Positions 8,812-17,143 of a stretch of 32,000 bases of DNA are shown here, piece by piece. Both the position numbers and the translations under genes were made by a program. How positions within the stretch are numbered: position 1 is the stretch's first letter; each line of letters starts with the position of its first letter. Where the stretch lies: contig CP025011.1 of the NCBI GenBank assembly GCA_002952755.1, forward strand, positions 420,001 through 452,000, written 5' to 3'. The stretch is from Candidatus Saccharimonadota bacterium (GTDB lineage: Bacteria; Patescibacteriota; Saccharimonadia; Saccharimonadales; UBA4665). The notes below the pieces were generated by a model that saw only the letters and a list, made by a program, of their open reading frames with translations, did no database searches and was not told where the DNA came from.

Positions 8812-10603
8812 CGTCTATAAAACCACCTGATTGGTGAGCCCATAGGGCGGCGTAGGTGCCGTTCTGTTTGAGGAGTGCCTGATGGCTGCCTTGTTCGATA
8901 ATCGAACCATGGTCGAGCACGACAATCGAGTCCATCTTCTGAATCGTACTCAAACGGTGGGCGATGACGATCGTTGTACGGTTTTTCATAAGCTCCCACA
9001 GCGCTGCCTGGATTACTTTCTCGCTCTCAGAATCGAGCGCCGACGTCGCCTCATCTAACACCAAAATCGGCGCATCTTTGAGCAGTGCACGCGCGATAGC
9101 AATACGTTGACGCTGTCCTCCGGATAACTTCACGCCGCGTTCGCCTACTAAAGTGTCATAGCCTTTTGGCATGTTCTCGATGAATTCGTGGGCATATGCC
9201 TTTTTTGCTGCAGCCTGGATTTCTTCCTTTGTGGCGTCGGACCTGCCGTAAGCGATGTTTTCGGCGATAGAGCGGTGGAATAGCAGCGGTTCTTGCGGCA
9301 CATAGGCGATATGCGCTCGCAAATCGTCTTGACGCAGAGTAGCGATGTCTTGTCCGTCGATGGATATCTGCCCGTTGTCTATATCATTAAAGCGGAGCAA
9401 CAGTTTGGTGAGCGTGGTTTTCCCTGAACCGGAATGACCAACCAAGCCCACCTTCTGGCCGGGTGCAATGTGCAGGTTCAAGTCTTCGAATAGCACTTCG
9501 TTTTTTCCCGAATCAGGGTGTGTAAAGCTCATGTGATCGAAGGTGATCGCTCCCTTGCTTATCCGAGGCTTTTGCGGCCGGCTTGGATCTTTGATATCCG
9601 GCTCTAAGCTTAAGACGCTCATCATGCCTTGCGCATCGCCAATCGCGCGGTTGTAGTCCCGAAGCACATGTTCGCCAAACTCCCACAGCGACCGACCGAC
9701 CATAATGGTATAAGTAACAACCAAGAAAACGGTGCCGATGTCGGCATGGTAATCGACAGCGCTAATGACTGCCAAGATCAAAGCCATGATACCCAAGAAG
9801 ACAGTATTAACCGAGAAGATAGTGTCGCGCTTGAGGCTGGCAACCATCACCTTGTGTGTAGCGTGCATACTGGCGTCGGTAGCATCAGCAAATAAGCGCC
9901 GTTCGCGCTTGCTACTGGCGAAGCTTTTGACTGCTAGGACGTTGGTGATAGCGTCGGCCAGGATGCCCGTTTGATCATTCTCGGCCTTGGCTTCGGCTAC
10001 GAGAAACCGGCGGACAAGTTTGGTGGCTTGGCTGGCAAGCAGCATATAGAATAACGAGAAGGCAAATAAGAAGATAGCCACTCCTGGCACTCGCGGCAGC
10101 AGAATAGCGAACGAGAAACCAAACGACAAAACCATAAGCAGTAGGTCAAAGATGGTAGCGTCGGCGAAACGAACGTACGCGCTGGTGAGCTTGGTGGCCT
10201 GGCTCACTAGCGATCCGCCAAAGTGATTGGCGTGGAAGGTGGCGCTGAGTGACAGCAGGTGGTCGAACACTTCGCGGTTTATATCACGTACTACGCGCAT
10301 TTCGGTCCGCCACACCAAGTAGATGCTTACGCGCCACAGTATAACGCCACCCAAGACGCTAAAAATGGCGTACCAGACGAGCGACGAGCCAAAGCTGGCC
10401 CAGACATTCCCGTGCACGAACGAGCCGGTACTCAGGCGCTCGATAATATGCGACACAATGAGCGGCGGAATGTACTGTAGCGTCAATTCAGCGCAGAGCA
10501 CCGATAGGAGCATAGCGATGACGAAACCTTTATAGCGCCAGGCATGGCCGAAAAAGTAGCGCACAATGTGCGGGGTAGATACAGTTTTTTCTTGAGCAGA
10601 CAT
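8798..10603 (-). CDS. ABC exporter, fused permease plus ATPase (second gene); start revised to ATG 10603
   Basis: GHSGSGKTT, LSGGQRQR, ILVLDEATSALD, IAHRLST. ATG 10603 is preceded by AGAGGAA at 6 nt and sits 2 nt after the upstream gene's TAA. ATG 10642 has no SD. Confidence 0.93.
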   Translation of the reverse strand: MSAQEKTVSTPHIVRYFFGHAWRYKGFVIAMLLSVLCAELTLQYIPPLIVSHIIERLSTGSFVHGNVWASFGSSLVWYAIFSVLGGVILWRVSIYLVWRTEMRVVRDINREVFDHLLSLSATFHANHFGGSLVSQATKLTSAYVRFADATIFDLLLMVLSFGFSFAILLPRVPGVAIFLFAFSLFYMLLASQATKLVRRFLVAEAKAENDQTGILADAITNVLAVKSFASSKRERRLFADATDASMHATHKVMVASLKRDTIFSVNTVFLGIMALILAVISAVDYHADIGTVFLVVTYTIMVGRSLWEFGEHVLRDYNRAIGDAQGMMSVLSLEPDIKDPSRPQKPRISKGAITFDHMSFTHPDSGKNEVLFEDLNLHIAPGQKVGLVGHSGSGKTTLTKLLLRFNDIDNGQISIDGQDIATLRQDDLRAHIAYVPQEPLLFHRSIAENIAYGRSDATKEEIQAAAKKAYAHEFIENMPKGYDTLVGERGVKLSGGQRQRIAIARALLKDAPILVLDEATSALDSESEKVIQAALWELMKNRTTIVIAHRLSTIQKMDSIVVLDHGSIIEQGSHQALLKQNGTYAALWAHQSGGFIDDEVQ

Positions 10604-10605
10604 AG

Positions 10606-12381
10606 TTATTCCTCTATAAAACCGCCGGATTGGTGAGCCCATAGTTTGGCGTAGACGCCGCGGGCGCTCAGCAGCTCGTGATGACTGCCTTGCTCGACGA
10701 TGTTGCCATCCTCAAGCACCAAAATGCGGTCCATTTTTTGAATGGTTGATAAGCGGTGAGCGATGACAATGGCCGTGCGGCCCTCCATGAGTTTCCAGAG
10801 TGCTTGCTGGATGAGTACTTCACTCTCTGAATCCAGTGCTGAAGTCGCTTCATCCAGCACCAAGATGGGGGCATTTTTGAGCATAGCGCGGGCAATCGCT
10901 ACCCGCTGCCGTTGTCCACCGGAGAGCTTCGTACCCCGTTCGCCGACGAGCGTATCGTAGCCATCTGGCAGTGTCTGGATAAAATCGTGGGCGTTGGCTG
11001 ATTTGGCGGCTGCTTTTACCTGCCGGTCGGAGGCGTCCAGCTGGCCGTAGCGGATATTCTCTATGATCGAGCGGTGGAACATCAGCGGCTCCTGCGGTAC
11101 AGAAGCGATAGACTTTCGCAGGTCGGCTTGAGTAACCATAGTAATGTCTTGATTGTCGATCAAGATCTGCCCCTTTTGGATATCGCTTAAACGTAGAAGC
11201 AGTTGGGTAAAGGTTGTTTTACCGGAACCGCTTGGCCCTACTAAACCAATCTTTTCGCCTGGGGTGATATGCAGATTAAGTCCTGTAAATACCTTCGTGC
11301 CGCCGTCAGGGTGGCTAAAATGTACATCTTTAAATTCGATGCGGCCTCGGTGGATGCGGCTGGGCTCGGGGTGTTGTGGATCCTTCACCTCTGGCTCGAT
11401 TGCTAAAATTTCCGTCATATCGCGCGAATCGCCAAACACCCGGTTCATATCCCGAAATGTCCGGTTGAGCTGCCACAAACGGCTCATGATGCTGAGCGTA
11501 TAAGTCAAAATTAGGTAGATCAGTCCAACCTGAATCTTGCCCGCAATCGCCAGGCTAACCGACAGGAAAATGGCGGTGAAGTTCATTATCCGTTGTACAC
11601 TGTTGGTAATACGCTCGTGACTCATGGTGAGCCGCATAGTGCTGAGGCTTTGCTCGGTAACGGCTTTTACTCGCTTCTCAAAGAGCTTCGTTTCCAGATC
11701 TTCGTGGGCGAAGGCTTTAACGGCAGTGATATTGGTGATCGAATCCGCCAGCTGTCCGGTACGTTTGGTCTCCAGTCCGGCCCACCTTTGGTTATAGGGC
11801 AGCTCCTTTTGCTTCACACGGAAAACGGCAAAGACGTACAGACTACCTAAGACGAGCAGGCCCAGTACATACAGCGGCGCTGGCCGCACCAATATGGCGA
11901 TGGTAAAGACAATAGCGATGAGCAGCTTATAGATACTCCAGATGAGGGCATCCGCTAGGCGCTCGTAGGCGCCGATAAATTTGTTTACCTGGCTTACCAG
12001 TGATCCGCCAAAACGGTTGTTGAAGAAGCGCTGGCTCATGGTAGTGAGATGGGTAAAACAAGTCATGGCTAGGTCTTCCATAGTCTGTTCTTCCATTCGC
12101 CAGACGCCATGCACGACGAAGTTCCAGAGCAGCAGCTGGAAGATTTCTGCAGCAGCTATCCCGAGCAAGTAGGGTTCGAACGTGCCGAGATGCAGTGCAT
12201 GCCCGGTGGCCTTAGCCACGGCTAACTGTGTTAAAATGCGGCTAACCAGGAAGGGGACCAGGAAGTCCTCTGCCAGCTCGGCAACGGGTGTACAGAGAAT
12301 AGTACGCAGCAAATCACGCTTGTGCCTGAGCGTATGGGTTGTGAATATGCGAATGGTAGCACGCGAAGTTGAAATCGCCAT
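10606..12381 (-). CDS. ABC exporter, fused permease plus ATPase (first gene)
   Basis: GPSGSGKTT, LSGGQRQR, ILVLDEATSALD, IAHRLST. GGAG lies 9 nt upstream of ATG 12381. Confidence 0.93.
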   Translation of the reverse strand: MAISTSRATIRIFTTHTLRHKRDLLRTILCTPVAELAEDFLVPFLVSRILTQLAVAKATGHALHLGTFEPYLLGIAAAEIFQLLLWNFVVHGVWRMEEQTMEDLAMTCFTHLTTMSQRFFNNRFGGSLVSQVNKFIGAYERLADALIWSIYKLLIAIVFTIAILVRPAPLYVLGLLVLGSLYVFAVFRVKQKELPYNQRWAGLETKRTGQLADSITNITAVKAFAHEDLETKLFEKRVKAVTEQSLSTMRLTMSHERITNSVQRIMNFTAIFLSVSLAIAGKIQVGLIYLILTYTLSIMSRLWQLNRTFRDMNRVFGDSRDMTEILAIEPEVKDPQHPEPSRIHRGRIEFKDVHFSHPDGGTKVFTGLNLHITPGEKIGLVGPSGSGKTTFTQLLLRLSDIQKGQILIDNQDITMVTQADLRKSIASVPQEPLMFHRSIIENIRYGQLDASDRQVKAAAKSANAHDFIQTLPDGYDTLVGERGTKLSGGQRQRVAIARAMLKNAPILVLDEATSALDSESEVLIQQALWKLMEGRTAIVIAHRLSTIQKMDRILVLEDGNIVEQGSHHELLSARGVYAKLWAHQSGGFIEE

Positions 12382-12466
12382 AGTGATAGTCTCCAGCTTT
12401 TAGCTGTTTAATTGAGGTTGTTGGGATTGTTTTGCCCAGAAAAATCGAGTGTAAAAAGGAGCGGCG

Positions 12467-12526
12467 TTAGTTGCCCGCACGGGCCAACAAATACTGCACC
12501 AAGACACCGGAGGCATGTGAACTCAT
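12467..12526 (-). CDS. Candidate 19-codon upstream ORF (MSSHASGVLVQYLLARAGN) in the ABC operon leader
   Basis: ATG 12526 is preceded by AAGGAAAGGG with a 7-nt spacer. TAA at 12469-12467. The ORF lies between the predicted promoter (12563-12571) and ATG 12381. Too short for statistical support. Confidence 0.2.
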   Translation of the reverse strand: MSSHASGVLVQYLLARAGN

Positions 12527-12562
12527 TTTGTCGCCCTTTCCTTAAAGTAAACGTTAGCTTTG

Positions 12563-12571
12563 ATTATAGCA
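12563..12571 (-). promoter_or_regulatory. Consensus extended -10 box TGCTATAAT, candidate promoter of the triple ABC operon
   Basis: Minus strand reads TGCTATAAT. This is the only such box in the 393-nt intergenic region on this strand and implies a leader of about 175 nt. Confidence 0.45.
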
Positions 12572-12774
12572 GGCATGTCAATGTTTCAGATAAAAATATG
12601 TAGTTCTAAACACAACGACATGTCAAGATGCAGTACTCCCACTCGCCGATGTGCGAGAGATTGTCGTCCTTTTCGGAAGGGCGATCGCTAAAAGATGCGA
12701 TTACTGAATATGATTGACAAAGTACTTATAGTATCGGAGACTAAGAATAGTATCTAAAAGTAAAAAGAGAAAAT

Positions 12775-14412
12775 ATGAAAAAAATACAACTGCTCTTCTC
12801 GGCACTAATCCTTAGTGTCAGTTCGGTACTTGCTTTATTAGCCCCGGTTGTGGCGCATGCCACACCGAATACCTGCACATGGACGGGCTCAAGTAGCAAT
12901 AATTTTAATACTGCTGCTAACTGGTCGAGTTGTGGAAGTACAGTCCCTCAAACCGGCGATAGTCTAATTTTTGATGCAACAAGTCTGAGCGCGGCAACTA
13001 CACTCACGAACAATATTACCGGCTTGTCAGTGGCTAGCATTACCTTCCAGGGAACTAATAGTAGCTCTTATAGCTTCACTATCAGCGGTAATGCTCTGAC
13101 TGTCTCTACGGCTATTAATGTTACTTCCGCTACGTACCCAACTATCTCGGCCAATATTGCTTTAGGCGGCAACGTTGCACTGAATGTCAGCAATGCCAAT
13201 GCGTACATGACCCTGACTGGTGTGATAAGTAGTACCGGCAATCTTACAACCACAGGCTCAGTTTATTTAGAAGGGGCCAATACTTTTACGGGGAGCATCA
13301 CCGTTTCGTCGGGACTGCTCGCTAGCACGCTTGCTAATTCGCTCGGCAATTCGTCAAACGCATTGACCGTTAACAATGGCGGCAACGTTTCTTTCGGGAG
13401 TTGTAGTGACGATGGGTTTACTATTCCATACGACATGTCTCTGACCGGAGCCAGTAGCTCTCCAAGCGGTGCATCGCCAGTGTCAAAGTTTTCTGATGGG
13501 GCGTTGTGCCAAGGGGGCGGTGCGGGAAGTGTGCCTGACGAGTCTTATGAGCAGGCTGGCACCAGCTCGCAGGCCTATACATTTTCGGGCCATATAACGC
13601 TTGGAAGTGATGTCACCTTTGGTGGTATCGCCAAGCAGACCACACTTACTGGTGCATTAAGCGGTGCGTTCAAGATTAGCTTACCCAATAATTATGGGGG
13701 GCAATTGATTGTAAACAGCAGTAACAATACTTCTTCGACGCCGAACGCTACGTATAATCCTGACGCAATTACGGCAACGCTTTCTGATAATGTGCCGTCC
13801 CACACAGTTGAAATCGGTACAAACGCTATCGTTACAATTGATGGTGTGCGTGGCGATATCAACCTGCTCAGTGGCGGTACATTGAAAGGTACTGGCACCA
13901 TAGGCACGCTGGCGGCTACCTCTGGATCTACTGTCGCACCTGGTCATAGTCCTGGCTGTTTGTCGACCGGCAATCTTACGCTGTTTGGTACCTACCAAGC
14001 GGAACTTGGCGGCACCACGCCTTGTACTGGCTACGACCAACTTAAAGTAACTGGCACGGTTAATGTAACTAACGGCACTTTGCAAACAACTTTGTACAAT
14101 GGCTTTAAACCAGCTGCTGGCCAGACCTACGTTATTATTAGCAACGATGGTTCGGACGCTGTGACAGGTGCATTTACCGGCTTGGCCGAAGGTGCGACTT
14201 TCAATGTGAGCGGCAACGTCTTTGAGGTTAGTTACAAGGGCGGGGATGGCAATGATATCGTACTCACCGTCGTCTCAGTGCCTGCTGCCCCCAACACGGG
14301 CTTCACGCTCATCAAGAACAATCCGCTCATTGCTGCTACGGGCATGTTTGCGGCAGCTGGTGGTATCGCTTTGATTGCCCGTCGAACCAAATTTGCCGCC
14401 AGGCGTCGCTAG
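12775..14412 (+). CDS. Secreted beta-helical surface protein (autotransporter-associated beta-strand-repeat type) with a C-terminal sortase sorting signal
   Basis: Signal peptide MKKIQLLFSALILSVSSVLALLAPVVAHA. Repeats such as GANTFTGSITVSSGLL. Module APGHSPGCLSTGNLTLFGTYQAELGG...YDQLKVTG...GNDIVLTV. C-terminus is PAAPNTG followed by a hydrophobic stretch and RRTKFAARRR. Confidence 0.85.
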   Translation: MKKIQLLFSALILSVSSVLALLAPVVAHATPNTCTWTGSSSNNFNTAANWSSCGSTVPQTGDSLIFDATSLSAATTLTNNITGLSVASITFQGTNSSSYSFTISGNALTVSTAINVTSATYPTISANIALGGNVALNVSNANAYMTLTGVISSTGNLTTTGSVYLEGANTFTGSITVSSGLLASTLANSLGNSSNALTVNNGGNVSFGSCSDDGFTIPYDMSLTGASSSPSGASPVSKFSDGALCQGGGAGSVPDESYEQAGTSSQAYTFSGHITLGSDVTFGGIAKQTTLTGALSGAFKISLPNNYGGQLIVNSSNNTSSTPNATYNPDAITATLSDNVPSHTVEIGTNAIVTIDGVRGDINLLSGGTLKGTGTIGTLAATSGSTVAPGHSPGCLSTGNLTLFGTYQAELGGTTPCTGYDQLKVTGTVNVTNGTLQTTLYNGFKPAAGQTYVIISNDGSDAVTGAFTGLAEGATFNVSGNVFEVSYKGGDGNDIVLTVVSVPAAPNTGFTLIKNNPLIAATGMFAAAGGIALIARRTKFAARRR

Positions 14413-14462
14413 TAGCATAACCTACTCACCTTAAGTATTGGTAAACAAAACAAAAAAGTACT

Positions 14463-15443
14463 ATGCCAGGACCGACTATCAACTTAGGCCGCCCTTCATT
14501 CAATGGCAGGCTCCGCCGCACAAGCGCCCATCGTGCTTCGTATGAGCGGCGTCCGGTTGGTAGTATCAAATCCCGGACCATCCAAGATGTGGCCGCGCGC
14601 AGTGCCCAGCTCCTTACTTCTTCCAAGCCTGTCCAGAGTAAGACGCAAAAGGCCGCGCCGGCGCGTCGCCAACCCGGTAAAATGACGGACGCCCGTCGAC
14701 GCACGATGCACACAAGAGTGCTCCGCCGTGATGTTGTAGCGCTTAAAACACGGCCAAAGCGGCGCAGGACAAAATCAAGCAGACAGAGCCGCGTATTAAC
14801 AGGTGTCGCTATGGCACTCTGCGCGTGTGCACTACTGCTCGGCTGGAGTGGGCTTAAGGCGAATCATAAGGTCGAGGCGCAGGTACGCTATTTATCTAGG
14901 CAGACAGCGAGTACCGCGACCGGTGCGACCGGTGCCGATACTACCCCTTCTGAGATTCGGCCATCGGGAAGTAGCCTCAGTAGCTACGCGGTAGCACCGA
15001 ATATGCCAAAGGAGATTCAAATACCTAAACTGGGCGTCGATGCTCGGATCATAAAGCTCGGCACCACTACAGGCGGCGCGCTGGGTACACCGAGCAATAT
15101 TTTTGATGCAGGCTGGTTTAGCGGTAGCTCCTTGCCCGGTCAGCCTGGCGCAGCGCTCATCGACGGTCATGTTTCCGGGCCAACCCAGCATGGGGTGTTT
15201 TATAGCATAAAGACGTTAGTGCCTGGCGACGCTATAAATATTATTCGCGGCGATGGCAAAGTGTTTGTCTACGTCGTCGTTACCAGCAAGACGTACGACG
15301 CGGACCGCGTTGATATGGCTGCCGCCCTGACGCCTATACGGGCAGGCACACCAGGGCTGAATCTCATAACTTGTACCGGCAAACTGGATAGCAGCCAGGC
15401 ACATTTTGCACAGCGCGAAGTAGTGTTCGCTGCTTTAAAATAG
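14463..15443 (+). CDS. Sortase (class E/F-like transpeptidase); alternative start ATG 14811
   Basis: TM anchor VLTGVAMALCACALLLGW. IQIPKLGVDARII, catalytic His in LIDGHVSG, Cys in LNLITCTG, Arg in AQREVVFA. The first 116 codons are Arg/Lys-rich and may or may not be translated. Confidence 0.85.
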   Translation: MPGPTINLGRPSFNGRLRRTSAHRASYERRPVGSIKSRTIQDVAARSAQLLTSSKPVQSKTQKAAPARRQPGKMTDARRRTMHTRVLRRDVVALKTRPKRRRTKSSRQSRVLTGVAMALCACALLLGWSGLKANHKVEAQVRYLSRQTASTATGATGADTTPSEIRPSGSSLSSYAVAPNMPKEIQIPKLGVDARIIKLGTTTGGALGTPSNIFDAGWFSGSSLPGQPGAALIDGHVSGPTQHGVFYSIKTLVPGDAINIIRGDGKVFVYVVVTSKTYDADRVDMAAALTPIRAGTPGLNLITCTGKLDSSQAHFAQREVVFAALK

Positions 15444-15490
15444 CGATACATAGTGGCGGCCTAGCCCCGCTTAGTTTATAATATGCACCA

Positions 15491-16387
15491 ATGCAAAAGA
15501 TCCTCCTTTATTACAAATTCACACCACTGAGCGACCCCGAAGCTATTCGGTTGTGGCAAAAGACACTCTGCGAGCGTTATAATCTGCGCGGCCGTATTCT
15601 TATTTCCAAGCATGGGCTAAACGGCACGGTAGGGGGTGATATCGAAGACCTGAAAGCCTATGTTAAAGAGACAAAAAGCTATGGACCATTTAAGAAAACA
15701 GCCTTTAAGTGGTCGGACGGCGCACGCGATAATTTTCCAAAGTTGAGTGTGAAGGTGCGGGATGAGGTTGTGACGTTTGGCGTACCCGACGAATTGGAGG
15801 TAGATGAAAACGGCGTTATCGGCGGCGGCAAACACCTCAAGCCCGCCGAAGTGCATAAGCTAGTAGAAGAGCGCGGCGATGACGTTATCTTTTTTGACGG
15901 TCGAAATGCCTACGAGGCAGCAGTGGGGAAGTTCAAAGGCGCTATTGTCCCCGAGACGCGCACCACACGGGATTTTTTGAAAGAGCTGGAAGGCGACAAA
16001 TACGCGGACATCAAACAGAAGCCAGTAGTAACCTATTGCACTGGCGGCATCCGTTGCGAAGTGCTCAGCGCACTCATGAAGAATCGTGGTTTTACTGATG
16101 TCTACCAGATGGACGGCGGCATCGTAAAATATGGTGAAGCGTACGGCGACAAAGGCCTATGGGAAGGCTCGTTATATGTTTTCGATGGCCGGATGAACAT
16201 CGCTTTTTCTGACGAAGCCAAAGACATTGGCGGGTGTGTACACTGTGGCTCACCAACGAGCCAGTACGATAACTGCTCGGTCAAGACCTGCAACAAATTC
16301 ATTTTAGTATGTCAGAACTGTCAAAAGGCAGACATAGTCTGTAGTACTGTCTGTCGTAAGGCGCTGGCCACTATGGTAACAGAGTAG
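15491..16387 (+). CDS. trhO: Rhodanese-domain tRNA uridine(34) hydroxylase (UPF0176/YceA family)
   Basis: N-terminus LYYKF..L.DPE...H...C...LRGRILISKHGLNGTVGG, rhodanese active site YCTGGIRCE, C-terminal Cys cluster. Confidence 0.85.
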   Translation: MQKILLYYKFTPLSDPEAIRLWQKTLCERYNLRGRILISKHGLNGTVGGDIEDLKAYVKETKSYGPFKKTAFKWSDGARDNFPKLSVKVRDEVVTFGVPDELEVDENGVIGGGKHLKPAEVHKLVEERGDDVIFFDGRNAYEAAVGKFKGAIVPETRTTRDFLKELEGDKYADIKQKPVVTYCTGGIRCEVLSALMKNRGFTDVYQMDGGIVKYGEAYGDKGLWEGSLYVFDGRMNIAFSDEAKDIGGCVHCGSPTSQYDNCSVKTCNKFILVCQNCQKADIVCSTVCRKALATMVTE

Positions 16388-16413
16388 GCGTATACTAGAG
16401 GCAAGGAGGTGGC

Positions 16414-17085
16414 ATGGATGAGTACACTTTGACTGAGGTTGATGAACAGCGGTTTGCTGAAGAGATTGCCCGGGGCATGGTGCCATTAACCGATCCGCAC
16501 TTATCTGAAGTGGCTAGACCCGTGGAGGTGGGTCAGATTACTTCCAAGCCCATACAAGAGGTTATCGAGCGGCTATACGACGTAGCGCGAAGTCAGCGTG
16601 AGAGCAGTGGGAAAAGTAAACGCCGCCGTACGTTGGTCGGCCTGGCTGCTCCGCAGATCGGTGAACGTTCGCGCATTGTGCTTATAGATACTAAGGTGCG
16701 TGAAGATCGCAAGCAGTATTCTAAGTTGGAGTGCTTCATCAACCCGGTTATTGTTTGGCGCTCACGAGAGACAGCAGAGGGGCGCGAAGGCTGCTTTTCC
16801 GCCGGCCCTGTCTGGGGATTGGTGCGTCGCCCGCTAGCTATGAAGATAAAGGCGTACGACAAGCATGGTCACGAAGTGGAACGTATCTTCGAAGGCTTTA
16901 CCGCACGCATTGCCGCTCACGAGATCGATCATCTAGAAGGTATCAGATTCCCTGAGCGCATTACGCTTGAACGCAAGCGCCATTGGGTACATACCGAGGA
17001 GCTGCCCAGCTATCCCGAGCTTATCCACAGCTGGCCACGTACTTGCTCGCTAGCTAGGTGGCACCAACTCATTGCGTCTACATAG
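16414..17085 (+). CDS. def: Peptide deformylase
   Basis: The three PDF motifs GLAAPQIG, EGCFS and HEIDHLEG. AAGGAGGTG SD lies just upstream. N- and C-terminal extensions make it 223 aa. Confidence 0.9.
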   Translation: MDEYTLTEVDEQRFAEEIARGMVPLTDPHLSEVARPVEVGQITSKPIQEVIERLYDVARSQRESSGKSKRRRTLVGLAAPQIGERSRIVLIDTKVREDRKQYSKLECFINPVIVWRSRETAEGREGCFSAGPVWGLVRRPLAMKIKAYDKHGHEVERIFEGFTARIAAHEIDHLEGIRFPERITLERKRHWVHTEELPSYPELIHSWPRTCSLARWHQLIAST

Positions 17086-17143
17086 CAGTGTACCTGGCGG
17101 GATATAGCGTGCCTTACATTTATATAGTATAATAAGTCGACAT

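Noticed and set aside
7027-10642. Recurring short ORF fragments MGPPIRGFYRG / MGSPIRRFYRG / MGSPIRWFYRR
   Set aside because: These are out-of-frame readings of the conserved 3' ends (HQSGGFI(E/D)) of the three ABC genes, not an independent repeated gene.
7027-12381. Expectation that one ABC paralog would carry a degenerate ATP site (heterodimer type with a non-catalytic NBD)
   Set aside because: All three retain canonical Walker A Lys, the LSGGQ signature, Walker B Asp-Glu and the H-loop His, so the sequence does not support an asymmetric-site model.
12412-12603. 63-aa plus-strand ORF in the ABC/adhesin intergenic region
   Set aside because: No SD or promoter box. Starts on a non-ATG codon (TTG). 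It has an Arg/Cys/Pro-rich composition and overlaps the better-supported minus-strand promoter and leader.
12563-12732. TTGACA hexamers as -35 elements of the adjacent -10 boxes
   Set aside because: The spacing is 7 nt in both cases, which is incompatible with the 16-18 nt needed by sigma70-type holoenzymes. I kept this only as a possible regulator motif.
13681-14085. 134-aa antisense ORF inside the surface-protein gene
   Set aside because: Arg-rich shadow ORF opposite a gene with a clear signal peptide, repeats and a sorting signal. It has no start signals.
14553-14592. tRNA/tmRNA-like 3' end (gtccgg...ccggac followed by catcca)
   Set aside because: The loop is 16 nt rather than a 7-nt T-loop. 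There is no GTTCRANYC motif and no acceptor-stem partner. No RNase P (GAGGAAAGTCC) or tmRNA motifs occur in 14413-14810.
14426-14713. Overlapping ORFs in three additional frames across the sortase 5' region
   Set aside because: They are explained by local GC-rich, stop-poor composition. None has start signals or recognisable motifs.
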